Assembly: GCA_964373955.1 (NCBI GenBank)
Contig: CAYJXA010000002.1
Coordinates: 5,113 to 69,112, forward strand
Direction: 5' to 3'
Source of the DNA: an uncultured Methanosarcinales archaeon
Lineage (GTDB): Archaea > Nanobdellota > Nanobdellia > Woesearchaeales > GW2011-AR9
DNA length: 64,000 nt
Numbering within the stretch: the first letter of the stretch is position 1; every line of letters starts with the position of its first letter. The notes under the pieces were generated by a model. The model had not been told where the DNA came from and made no database searches. It saw nothing but the letters and a program-made list of their open reading frames with translations. Below, piece by piece: positions 52,101 through 61,024 of the stretch. A program made the translations under genes and the position numbers.

Positions 52101-52538
52101 TCAAATATCGATCAACACTTGCGCTTTCCAGCCATCTTTGACTTTTTCTACTTTAAATTCGTGCATGGTAATGGCTTTGACATCCACTTTGGGATCATGT
52201 CGAGTGAAATCAATTTTTTCTCCCGAGGCAAAACAGGCTAACGTGTATTTCCCCTGTTCTTCTTTGATGTCCATCTCAAAAGAGGTAAAGACTAATTGTT
52301 TATAATCTTTAAAGAATAATAATTCATCCAGAAAATCGAAGAGCAAGTTTTCAATTTTGCTTGCTTCCCCCAGGATCTTAACTTTCTCCTTCGCTTTTAC
52401 TTTGGTTACATCCACCATGGTTTCTTCTACTGCTAAAGCGCACTCGTTAAAGAGCGCTGGTAATGTATCTGCTTTCGCTACGAAAAACACATCCGCAGTA
52501 TGATCCAGGAATTTGTGGAAGGGTTTCATTTTAAGCAT
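52101..52538 (-). CDS. archease
   Basis: FLDHTADVFFVAKADTLPALFNECALA, with a size of about 145 aa from the internal Met. The ORF track extends to 52616, overlapping the DedA gene. Confidence 0.8.
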   Translation of the reverse strand: MLKMKPFHKFLDHTADVFFVAKADTLPALFNECALAVEETMVDVTKVKAKEKVKILGEASKIENLLFDFLDELLFFKDYKQLVFTSFEMDIKEEQGKYTLACFASGEKIDFTRHDPKVDVKAITMHEFKVEKVKDGWKAQVLIDI

Positions 52539-52549
52539 AGAGAAGGGCG

Positions 52550-53200
52550 TTAGATTAAATACTTTATGGCTAAATATCCCAGTACCATCAATACAAACAA
52601 TCCCAGGCTTAACCAATTGAAATACTTGTCAATAAATACTTTAACCCGTTCACCAAAGAAATACGTTAACACTGCGATGGCAAAAAATCGTAATCCCCTG
52701 CCCAGAATAGAAGCAGTTATCAAAGGGAATAAACCTACTTGCCACACTCCGGCAGCGATGGTGAAGACTTTATACGGAATGGGAGTTAAAGCCGCAGCAA
52801 AAATAGCCAGGAAAGCATTCTCTTTGAACATTGCTCCCACCAATACAAATTGCTGTTCATAGCCTAAGCTTTGGATAATCAACCGACCTACACTTTCAAA
52901 GAGAAAAAGGCCAATAAAATATCCCAGAATACCGCCCAGGACAGAAAAACATAAAGCAATACATGCATACCAAAAAGACCGCTTTGGTTTTGAGATAGAG
53001 AGTGCAATTTGCAACACATCCGGCGGGATGGGAAAGAATGAAGATTCAATAAATGCCAATACGGCTAAGGCATAAGCACCATATGTTGATTCCGCCCAAG
53101 ATAGAACCCAATCGTATAACCTTTTGAGAAGGCCAAACGAGTAGAAGTGAAGTCCCTGCACTATGCGATGATCTTTTAGCTGGGTGATCTTCTCTTTCAT
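52550..53200 (-). CDS. DedA/YqaA (SNARE-associated) family membrane protein
   Basis: ESSFFPIPPDVLQ and LTPIPYKVFTIAAG motifs. Confidence 0.8.
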   Translation of the reverse strand: MKEKITQLKDHRIVQGLHFYSFGLLKRLYDWVLSWAESTYGAYALAVLAFIESSFFPIPPDVLQIALSISKPKRSFWYACIALCFSVLGGILGYFIGLFLFESVGRLIIQSLGYEQQFVLVGAMFKENAFLAIFAAALTPIPYKVFTIAAGVWQVGLFPLITASILGRGLRFFAIAVLTYFFGERVKVFIDKYFNWLSLGLFVLMVLGYLAIKYLI

Positions 53201-53240
53201 GTTTTAGGGATAAAAAGAAGTATACTTTTAAAGATATGGG

Positions 53241-54170
53241 TTACACCGCTAGCCTGAGCACAATTTTCTGGTTCGTGATAGTGTAATCTACTAGTTTATC
53301 TCGTTTTAATTTTTCACACAGTTCACGTAACCAAGGTTCATCTTTCTTAGTATAATCTTCCTTAATTGCGTTTCCCAGGGTAGTCAGGGAAAGTTCTTTC
53401 ATTTCATTCTTTCTGACGAATTCAACAATTCTACCCCTGAAAATGCGGTTGGGAATAAATTTGCCTTGCTCAACTACACCCGGTTCGGCTCTTTTCTCCA
53501 TCACAAATAACACTTTCTCTTTCTGTGTCGAATATAATGGAAAAAAGCAACAGCTTTTTTGCAGAGGACATTGTTTACAAGAAGGCGTATCACGAGTGCA
53601 TACCAACGATCCAAAGTCCATCAGAGCATTATGAAACTCCGCGCTTTTTCCCCCGGGAATCATTGATTTGATCTGCTGATAAAGCCCTTGCTCTTCTTTC
53701 TTTCCCATGGGCAAGCCTTGATCTTTACCCTGAAAGAAGCGCATAAAAATTCTCCGCACATTCACATCAATCGCTGGTTCAGGTTGGTTATAGGCAAAAC
53801 TTGCTAGGGCTCCAGCAGTATATGGCCCAATTCCAGGAAGTGTCCGTAAAGTTTCTGAGGAGTCAGGAATAATGCCATTATACTTTTCTACTACTTCCTG
53901 CGCAAAAGCATGGAGCAATAGTGCTCTTCTATTATATCCCAACCCACTCCAGGCTTTGATGATGTCTGCTTTGCTCGCTCTAGCTAAATCTTGAATGGTG
54001 GGGAAAAGAGTAATAAATTCTTGAAATTTCTCAATCACTCTCGGCACTTGCGTCTGCTGCAGCATAATTTCAGAGACGAGAACGTGGTAAGGTGTAGGAT
54101 TTTTACGCCAAGGGAGGTCACGTTTGGAGGTGGAGTACCAGTGTAAGAGCCTTTCGGAAAATGTTTTCAT
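53241..54170 (-). CDS. HhH-GPD DNA glycosylase, MutY/EndoIII family
   Basis: LPWRKNPTPYHVLVSEIMLQQTQV, the HhH motif LPGIGPYTAGA, and the Fe-S cluster CTRDTPSCKQCPLQKSC. Confidence 0.8.
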   Translation of the reverse strand: MKTFSERLLHWYSTSKRDLPWRKNPTPYHVLVSEIMLQQTQVPRVIEKFQEFITLFPTIQDLARASKADIIKAWSGLGYNRRALLLHAFAQEVVEKYNGIIPDSSETLRTLPGIGPYTAGALASFAYNQPEPAIDVNVRRIFMRFFQGKDQGLPMGKKEEQGLYQQIKSMIPGGKSAEFHNALMDFGSLVCTRDTPSCKQCPLQKSCCFFPLYSTQKEKVLFVMEKRAEPGVVEQGKFIPNRIFRGRIVEFVRKNEMKELSLTTLGNAIKEDYTKKDEPWLRELCEKLKRDKLVDYTITNQKIVLRLAV

Positions 54171-54343
54171 GTTCTAGCATCGTGTATAAAATCAACTATC
54201 ATCTTGGTAATAAGGGCAGAAAAATATCCTAAATTAATAATTAATTCGATGAGGTTAAAACCTTTATACAAACCGTATGCCACTATGACGATCGTTAACA
54301 AGAATATAAGAATATCAAGGAAAATTTTCAGTTGCCGTAACAC
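54167..54343 (-). CDS. small membrane protein (58 aa, GTG start), tentative
   Basis: Own translation: VLRQLKIFLDILIFLLTIVIVAYGLYKGFNLIELIINLGYFSALITKMIVDFIHDART. The stop overlaps the glycosylase ATG (ATGA). Confidence 0.3.
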   Translation of the reverse strand: MLRQLKIFLDILIFLLTIVIVAYGLYKGFNLIELIINLGYFSALITKMIVDFIHDART

Positions 54344-54346
54344 TTT

Positions 54347-54460
54347 TTATCCCCGAATTATACTCACTAATATGAGGGCGAGGGTAATTACTGCCAGAAT
54401 AATACCAATAATAGCAATAACAGAACCAACTATTTCCAGTTTATTTACATATTCGGTCAT
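54347..54460 (-). CDS. small single-pass membrane protein (37 aa), tentative
   Basis: Own translation: MTEYVNKLEIVGSVIAIIGIILAVITLALILVSIIRG. Confidence 0.3.
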   Translation of the reverse strand: MTEYVNKLEIVGSVIAIIGIILAVITLALILVSIIRG

Positions 54461-54501
54461 AGGTTCTGAAAGTTCTTGTTATTTAAATAATTTTCGATGG
54501 A

Positions 54502-56250
54502 TCACTCTACGATCGCCTTAATCCTTCTCACTCCTGCTGCACAGGCTTCTTCTTTCATAATTTTAAAATGGCCAATTTCAGCAGTGTGGTCCACATGAGG
54601 CCCGCCGCAGAATTCTTTGGAATAATCGCCGACAAAATAAACCGACACTATCTCCGGGTACTTCTGTCCAAATTCTTTTTCCGCACCTAATTTCTCTGCT
54701 TCATCTCGTTTCATTTCTTTACGTATTACTTTCAAATCCATTCGTATTACCCGATTGACTTCATCTTCTACTTTTTTTACTTCTTCAGGAGTTAATTTTC
54801 GTTCAAAGCTGAAATCAAATCTCAATCGCTCTGGAGTAATGTTACTTCCCCGCTGATGGATCGCTGGAGAGATTACTTTTCGCAAGGCTTCATTTAATAG
54901 ATGCGTCGCAGTATGCATTCGTATAACCTCTGGAGAAGCGTCGGCTAATCCTCCTTTAAACTTTTTCTCCGCTCCTACCCGAGATAATTCTTTGTGTTTT
55001 TCATATTCTGAGAGGAATCCTTTTACTTCAACTTTAATTCCTTTCTCTGCAGCCAGTTCTTCTGTCATCTCTAGCGGAAAACCATAACTTTGAAACAAGA
55101 GGAAAGCATCTACGCCGGAAATGTTGCTTTGATTGGCCAAGCGTTCAAATTCTTTTAAACCATGCTCCAGAGTTTTCTCGAATTTCTCTTCTTCTTTTTG
55201 CAGCTCGCTATAACTCTGCTCTTTATTCTTCTCTAATTCTGGATATAACTCCTGATACTCATTAATAACCACTTTTGCTAATTCTACAGTGAAAAGCGTT
55301 TTCACTCCAATCATTTTTCCATACCGAACTATTCGGCGGATGAGACGACGTAAAATATACCCCCTATCCACGTTAGAAGGCAGTACGGCATTTTCATCTC
55401 CAAGAATAAAGACTGCTGCTCGGATATGATCTGCAATGATTCTCATGGAGCGAGTTTCCTGGGCATAGCTTTTGCCAGAAATTTGTTCTATTTTTTGAAT
55501 AACCGGCAAGAACAGATCTGTTTCATATGCACTTTTTCTGCCATTCAATACTGCTAACGTTCTTTCTAATCCCATTCCCGTGTCTACATTTTTTTTCGTG
55601 AGGGGAACAACAGAACCGTCTTCTTTTTTATTATACGCCATAAATACATCATTCCAAATTTCTACCCACTGATTATCTTCTGGATCAAAACAGGCAGGAG
55701 GATTACCTTCCCCTTTCCAATAGAACATTTCAGTGCTTGGTCCGCAAGGGCCAGTCTCACCAGCAATCCAAAAATTATCTTTACCAAGGAAGGCGATTCT
55801 CTCTTCAGGAATTCCCGAACTCCGCCAGAGAGCGTAGGATTCCTCATCCCTAGGAACGGATTTATCTCCTTGGTACACGGTTACTGCCAACTTTTTCAGA
55901 GGAATATTTAACCATTTCTTGCCAGTTAAAAACTCAAAACTCCAGGTGATCGCTTCTTTCTTGAAATAATCGCCGAGGCTCCAATTGCCTAACATTTGAA
56001 AGAAGGTATGGTGAGTATTATCACCAATATTCTCAAAGTCTACTGTGCGTAGACATTTTTGGACATTTGCTAAGCGCTTGCCTAGGGGATGGGGAGTTCC
56101 CATCAGATAAGGGACTAAAGGTTGCATGCCCGCGGTATTGAATAATACGGAAGCATCATTGGCTGGGATTAACGAAGCGGAGGGAATGATGGCATGCTGT
56201 TTACTCTTGAAGAAATCAAGGTATTTTTGGATGAGTTGTTTGGCGTTCAT
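54502..56250 (-). CDS. alaS: alanyl-tRNA synthetase, bacterial-type catalytic and editing domains, no C-Ala domain (582 aa)
   Basis: FNTAGMQP, HHTFFQMLGNWSLGDYFK and the editing-site HTATHLLNEAL...CGGPHV. The protein ends shortly after the editing domain. Confidence 0.9.
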   Translation of the reverse strand: MNAKQLIQKYLDFFKSKQHAIIPSASLIPANDASVLFNTAGMQPLVPYLMGTPHPLGKRLANVQKCLRTVDFENIGDNTHHTFFQMLGNWSLGDYFKKEAITWSFEFLTGKKWLNIPLKKLAVTVYQGDKSVPRDEESYALWRSSGIPEERIAFLGKDNFWIAGETGPCGPSTEMFYWKGEGNPPACFDPEDNQWVEIWNDVFMAYNKKEDGSVVPLTKKNVDTGMGLERTLAVLNGRKSAYETDLFLPVIQKIEQISGKSYAQETRSMRIIADHIRAAVFILGDENAVLPSNVDRGYILRRLIRRIVRYGKMIGVKTLFTVELAKVVINEYQELYPELEKNKEQSYSELQKEEEKFEKTLEHGLKEFERLANQSNISGVDAFLLFQSYGFPLEMTEELAAEKGIKVEVKGFLSEYEKHKELSRVGAEKKFKGGLADASPEVIRMHTATHLLNEALRKVISPAIHQRGSNITPERLRFDFSFERKLTPEEVKKVEDEVNRVIRMDLKVIRKEMKRDEAEKLGAEKEFGQKYPEIVSVYFVGDYSKEFCGGPHVDHTAEIGHFKIMKEEACAAGVRRIKAIVE

Positions 56251-56272
56251 GTATCAGTACAATTAGGGAAGG

Positions 56273-56286
56273 TTTTATATATTTTT
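56273..56286 (+). promoter_or_regulatory. TATA-box-like element upstream of tRNA-Ala
   Basis: TTTTATATATTTTT lies 21-34 nt upstream of the tRNA 5' end at 56307. Confidence 0.45.
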
Positions 56287-56306
56287 AGCTAAAAAAGGAG
56301 ACTAAT

Positions 56307-56450
56307 GGGCCTGTAGTCAAACGGCTACGATACATCGTTCGCAACGATGAGGTCCGGGTTCGACACAGATCTCCCAGATCTGGTAGGGGGATTCGCGGTC
56401 ACTGCGTTCCCGCTCATACATTTGGGAATACGAAAATCCCGGCAGGTCCA
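56307..56450 (+). tRNA. tRNA-Ala(CGC) with a T-loop intron (about 72 nt)
   Basis: GGGCCUG UA GUCA AACGGCUA CGAU A CAUCG UUCGCAA CGAUG AGGU CCGGG UUCGA [56364-56435] AU CCCGG CAGGUCC A. The G3:U70 identity pair is present. The intron holds the hairpin CAGATCT-CCC-AGATCTG. Confidence 0.8.
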
Positions 56451-56513
56451 TAAACGAAGTGCATGGATCCTGACGGCTCAAAGGGCGCACCCTTTGTTTG
56501 CCGGCAGGTCCAT
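56439..56513 (+). repeat. 13-nt exact direct repeat of the tRNA-Ala 3' end
   Basis: CCGGCAGGTCCAT occurs at 56439-56451 and again at 56501-56513. The hairpin CAAAGGG-CGCA-CCCTTTG (56479-56496) lies between the copies, and a T6 run follows the second copy. Confidence 0.85.
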
Positions 56514-56524
56514 TTTTTAATTAC

Positions 56525-57292
56525 ATGGACCACATCCATTCCTATGATTTTGGACCAAGAGTTCTTAATGGTATAGATATATCAATACCGCAGCCGAATT
56601 ACTTTGTTAAATATGGTGCAGATGCTATTAATTCTCAAAAGAGGTTTCTCCAGAGATTGGGCATAGGACATTTATTTGAACGGAGAGTTATGATTGCTTC
56701 CAATTTTGATAGTAAAATTGTCACCATCAATGACCTCTCTTTCTCAGGGTATGAAACAGAATCAAGAAGCAAGTGCAACGGATTTGATGGAGTTATTGTT
56801 ACGGAACCTGTAATTCCTCTGCTATCAGGTTGGGGAGACTGCCCATGGTTGATGATTGCTTCTGATTCAGTTGTAGGAACGGTCCACGCCGCCAGAAAGA
56901 CGCTCGATAATTATATTTTAAATTCATTTTTCGATGTTTTATCAAAAATTACCCCGCTCAGTTCTTTAAAAATAGGCTTATCCCCTTTTATACCCACACA
57001 CTTGTTTGGCCATCAGCAAGTTCACCTTGAGCGAAGAAGAGAGTGGGAAGATTGCGGGGCAATTCATCACGAACGAGGACAATTTTATATTGATCTTTAT
57101 AGAATGATCTGCGCAGATTTGGAAAAGATTGGCATTGCTAGGGAGCAAATTATGAATGCCGAGTTAAGTAGTTTTGCCCTATCGGAAAGCTCCCATCAAC
57201 ATGGAGGTTACGCCATTTCCCATCGGCATGCGCTGCAAACTCAAAATGCTCGGGAAGGAAGGGGAGCATTCTGTATTATGTTAAAGGATTAG
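56525..57292 (+). CDS. hypothetical, weakly DUF152/PgeF (YfiH)-like
   Basis: DGVIVTEP...GWGDCPWLMI...VGTVHAARKTL loosely resembles the ADCxP and HAGWRG motifs. The ORF track starts at TTG 56498, inside the tRNA 3'-end repeat. Confidence 0.4.
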   Translation: MDHIHSYDFGPRVLNGIDISIPQPNYFVKYGADAINSQKRFLQRLGIGHLFERRVMIASNFDSKIVTINDLSFSGYETESRSKCNGFDGVIVTEPVIPLLSGWGDCPWLMIASDSVVGTVHAARKTLDNYILNSFFDVLSKITPLSSLKIGLSPFIPTHLFGHQQVHLERRREWEDCGAIHHERGQFYIDLYRMICADLEKIGIAREQIMNAELSSFALSESSHQHGGYAISHRHALQTQNAREGRGAFCIMLKD

Positions 57293-57298
57293 TTGGTA

Positions 57299-57826
57299 AT
57301 GGACATCATGAACCTAAAAACCATCGCTTTCACAGGCTTGTTATATCTCTTTCCTATAGAAAGGACTTATGCTAAACTTCCCACCCTCGGAAATGAGCTT
57401 AAAGATTTGGCAGAGCTAGCAATGAAATGCGGAAAAAAAGCAAGCTTTGAGGATTCCGGTTCTCAGAATGGCGTCTCCGGCCGTTACCGAGTAGATAAGT
57501 ACACGCTAGATATTCCCGTAATCCCTGATGGAAATAAGAATTTGGGATTACCTTTTTCTGAAACCATTTCTTTCCATTTTCGAGATGGCAGTGTTCAAAT
57601 GGCTCCTAATAGGGTGATAGACGAAACGGAGAGTGTTGAGGTTATAGGCGGAGGGGTAGGGTATTTTAGATGCACCTATCAGCGTAAACGAAGTTCTCCT
57701 GGATCAACCTGCACTGCGCCATTTATGAATGATTCACTCGAGGCAAGAATACGTAAAGCGATTAAATTCATTAAGGAGAATGCTCCTACTCATTGTTACG
57801 GTGAAAATAATTTTCCCTGTGTCTAA
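57299..57826 (+). CDS. secreted hypothetical protein
   Basis: ORF track 57293..57826. Signal-like MNLKTIAFTGLLYLFPIERTYA. Several Cys residues. Confidence 0.45.
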   Translation: MDIMNLKTIAFTGLLYLFPIERTYAKLPTLGNELKDLAELAMKCGKKASFEDSGSQNGVSGRYRVDKYTLDIPVIPDGNKNLGLPFSETISFHFRDGSVQMAPNRVIDETESVEVIGGGVGYFRCTYQRKRSSPGSTCTAPFMNDSLEARIRKAIKFIKENAPTHCYGENNFPCV

Positions 57827-57846
57827 AATAAATTATTTGAACCTTT

Positions 57847-57984
57847 TTAATACGCATCTCTCATCTCATGGATATTCTTGAAATGCTGGTCTTCATACTG
57901 ATCATAATGGTCCTGGCAGACCCATCTCCCGCCCCATTTCTTCGCAGCAGGATTATGGCATCGAGGCTCTTGGCATTCTTCCAT
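57847..57984 (-). CDS. small Cys/His zinc-finger-like protein (45 aa)
   Basis: Own translation: MEECQEPRCHNPAAKKWGGRWVCQDHYDQYEDQHFKNIHEMRDAY. Confidence 0.35.
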   Translation of the reverse strand: MEECQEPRCHNPAAKKWGGRWVCQDHYDQYEDQHFKNIHEMRDAY

Positions 57985-58106
57985 AACTCTCCCAAAAGGG
58001 AGCGTTTTATTTAAATTTTACCCTCGGAAAATACTATGCTTCTCCCTCGCGTTTTTCTAGTCAAGAATCAACGGATTTATAAACTATAACTTATTTTTCA
58101 AGCGGG

Positions 58107-58964
58107 ATGGTTAACCAGCAAGTTATCATCTGGATTCTTGTTCCTATTGTTATTGGATGGTTTTATCAATGGTATAGAAAACATCTGAAGAAAACCAGGC
58201 AGAAAGATATTCATCTCGAGATAATGCATGCTAAAAAGTATGCGCATTATCGAAAAAAAGAGATGATGCTTGCCTATGCCTACCTGGGGATGGTGCTTGG
58301 AAGCGGGATTGGCTCTTTATTTTTAATCCCCCTTATTCGGCGGTGGACCTTAGCAAGTCCAGAAGTTATGTACATTGATGCACGAATGAGCGCAGTAACA
58401 ATGCTTCCCCTTTTTTTTCTAAGTATGCTCTTGTGGGCTTGGCCCTATGAACGGCTGCAATTTCATTTCTTTCCGGACATTCTGACGGAAGAACAAAAAA
58501 GAAGGCAACGGAGAGCAACGTATAGGAGCATGGCAATTGCTCTTTTGTTGTTAATTCCTCCAGCATATCTTCTCTATGATAATTACACTTTGGTTTCTAC
58601 TACGGACATAATAAGAGATCCACTGTTGGGGTTTAGACAGGAAAAGTACCATCTCCAGGACATCAGCCAAATAGATATAAAAAGCGGTGCGCGAAATACT
58701 GATTTTTATATTACTATCACTGCTGCCGTCCCGGAGAAAGAAATAGTCTTGTGGGGAAAAAACCCCACTCTTTCTGAAGAAATGATGAATACTCTTACTT
58801 ATTTTAAGGAGATTAACATTCCCATTATTCTTCAGAGCGAACCAACAGCGGAGGAATACGATCACATCGCGAGCATTAAGAAAACAAACAGAGGTAGAAC
58901 GGGAGTGGAGGCAGTGCATCGATTGAGAGAAACAATGATAAAGTTAAAAGAGATTAGTACTTAG
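58107..58964 (+). CDS. membrane protein, hypothetical (285 aa)
   Basis: ORF track. About 4 TM helices in the N-terminal half. Confidence 0.5.
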   Translation: MVNQQVIIWILVPIVIGWFYQWYRKHLKKTRQKDIHLEIMHAKKYAHYRKKEMMLAYAYLGMVLGSGIGSLFLIPLIRRWTLASPEVMYIDARMSAVTMLPLFFLSMLLWAWPYERLQFHFFPDILTEEQKRRQRRATYRSMAIALLLLIPPAYLLYDNYTLVSTTDIIRDPLLGFRQEKYHLQDISQIDIKSGARNTDFYITITAAVPEKEIVLWGKNPTLSEEMMNTLTYFKEINIPIILQSEPTAEEYDHIASIKKTNRGRTGVEAVHRLRETMIKLKEIST

Positions 58965-60141
58965 TTTCGCGTAAGACTTCTGCAACCGCTGGGCGAGCTT
59001 CAGCAATGCCAATTAACCGATTGGTCATATATCGTAATGGATTTTGGCGTTTATACACTTTAATATCATCTGGTACTAAAAGTGCTTTTTCAGCGCGAAT
59101 AGTTCCATCCCCGTCCATATATCCTCTCTCTTGAAGAGCTTGATAGAAACAATCCATCCTTCGTTGAGCGGTGAGAGAATCCAGAAGCGCACGGTCAATA
59201 ACAACATTTTTCATCTGGCGAAAGGCATTTACTCGCTGTGAAACCACTCGTTCAAGATCTCGTCGAGTGAATCTTTTCTCTCCCTGTGCAGCAAGGTGCA
59301 CAACATATTCTCCTGCCAGCTGTGAGGTGGTGAGAGTGTTAAGATCCATGAACTGATCTTGAATTAGGCGACAGAAATTTGCTTTATCTCTGGCTCGATA
59401 GGTGAGATCTGGTTCTCTGTGTTCACGTGCTACATGTTGGTAGTAGAATGGCATTCCAAAATTAACAAATACCAGATCGCGGGGATGCCCAAAGATATTT
59501 TTGTCTCCCGACATGAAATCATACGTATTTCCAAAAGGAATAATCTGCACATCCGGCTGACAAAGATCATATGCACCACTCTTGATTGCAGAAATCCTGC
59601 CATCAGTCTTGGTAGTTCCTTCGGGCATAATAGCAATATGAATACCCTGGCGATAAAGATTTTGTAATTGAAGAATAGTCCTCTTATTTTGTTCTCGGAG
59701 ACCTGCTACTTCCGGCCTGGGAAGATCAGCCATTAAGCTCGTTCGGTGAACTTCGTGAAAGATAGTATTGCGCATCACCCAGCTCAGAGCAGAAGAAAGG
59801 TAGCGAGAGAGAGTGGGATGGGTTGAAATTTTAATGTATTCCGTTCTGGACACTCCTCGAAGGGAAGGCAAGCCAGGAAGTTGAAACCAGAGCGGGGGAA
59901 GATTTAATCCGTCCATCATCGCATCATGCTTTCCTAGCCACAAAGCTCCCCATTTAGAATTAACTTTTCCTTCTAAATTGTCAATTCCCGTTACTTGGGT
60001 TTCTTCTGTGAAAAGAGGTCGAGTGAGCGCAGTAATGCCTGCATAGAGGCCAAGCATGGTCCTTTTTGTCAGATGAGCTGGAAGAAGAGCCATCGCGTAC
60101 AAAGAAGGGATTCTCTTTATAAAATTTACCTTGATACTCAC
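58954..60141 (-). CDS. PlsC/GPAT-type glycerolipid acyltransferase family protein
   Basis: HX4D motif (KHDAMMDG) and block III IAIMPEGTTKTDGR. Confidence 0.65.
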   Translation of the reverse strand: MSIKVNFIKRIPSLYAMALLPAHLTKRTMLGLYAGITALTRPLFTEETQVTGIDNLEGKVNSKWGALWLGKHDAMMDGLNLPPLWFQLPGLPSLRGVSRTEYIKISTHPTLSRYLSSALSWVMRNTIFHEVHRTSLMADLPRPEVAGLREQNKRTILQLQNLYRQGIHIAIMPEGTTKTDGRISAIKSGAYDLCQPDVQIIPFGNTYDFMSGDKNIFGHPRDLVFVNFGMPFYYQHVAREHREPDLTYRARDKANFCRLIQDQFMDLNTLTTSQLAGEYVVHLAAQGEKRFTRRDLERVVSQRVNAFRQMKNVVIDRALLDSLTAQRRMDCFYQALQERGYMDGDGTIRAEKALLVPDDIKVYKRQNPLRYMTNRLIGIAEARPAVAEVLRETKY

Positions 60142-60230
60142 TTAAAAGTAGTTAATCCTTCTCTCTCCTGCAGCCGAGATATAATCAGAGAAATCTTTAT
60201 AAAAGAATGAAATGGTGAGCGGCTTTCCTC

Positions 60231-61022
60231 ATGAAAAGATTACCCTTGGTGTTAGATATGTACACTCCAGTAATTTCTAATGCGGTGTATACCTCGCCGC
60301 CAACGAGGCTTGTCAGACAAGGAATTCCTGACGCAGCATTAGAGGTTGTACTCTTAACTCGCTATACTATGCCTACTCGGTCGCAAATTCTTACCAGAAT
60401 ACAGGAGAAAGCAGAAAGAGTCCAGCAAGAATTATTACCAATAGTACATAGTGGTGAACCGGTTCTCGCAACGAAGTTAGAAGGCTTGCTCTTACTCGAG
60501 TGTACGCCTTTTTTAAATGAGCTTAAAGGAAGAGATCAGTCACATTTTCCTCTCATAGAGAGTTGTCTCCCAACAGCACTTACTAATGGCGCTCCCGAAG
60601 CAGTGTACGTGAAGTCAGGGTATCTAACTCTAGAAAAATTAAAACAACGGACTACATCGGCAGAACGAGAATGGTATACGAGGAATCTACATGAGCGTTG
60701 GATCATGACTATTCCTATCGAGGGGGGGAAATTAGTCAGTCTTCCTTTCTTTGAGGAAGATCCCTTACGGAAAAAAGTGATTAAAGTAACTTCATTACGG
60801 GAGGGAGTTCCTTCAGCAGAATTAGTACATTTTGTATGCACTCTCTATAAGAAACCTCCTACCATGGAACAAGTACAAGACATTCCGAATGTAACTGAAC
60901 AGGTCTGTGAGCAAATTGCCTTTGAAACATTAGAGAGAGCTTTGCCGTATATTGCTTCCTATAGGTCTTTGCTGTCTAGAACGTCTTCTTCGTTAGGAAG
61001 AACTACTCACGTGGAAGCATAA
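60231..61022 (+). CDS. hypothetical protein (263 aa)
   Basis: ORF track only. Confidence 0.45.
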   Translation: MKRLPLVLDMYTPVISNAVYTSPPTRLVRQGIPDAALEVVLLTRYTMPTRSQILTRIQEKAERVQQELLPIVHSGEPVLATKLEGLLLLECTPFLNELKGRDQSHFPLIESCLPTALTNGAPEAVYVKSGYLTLEKLKQRTTSAEREWYTRNLHERWIMTIPIEGGKLVSLPFFEEDPLRKKVIKVTSLREGVPSAELVHFVCTLYKKPPTMEQVQDIPNVTEQVCEQIAFETLERALPYIASYRSLLSRTSSSLGRTTHVEA

Positions 61023-61024
61023 TC

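Noticed and set aside
54204-54521. ORF-track protein of 105 aa on the plus strand between the glycosylase and alaS genes
   Set aside because: The opposite strand encodes two tidy, translationally coupled small membrane ORFs in the same orientation as both neighbours. The plus-strand ORF starts with a non-ATG codon and overlaps the alaS 3' end.
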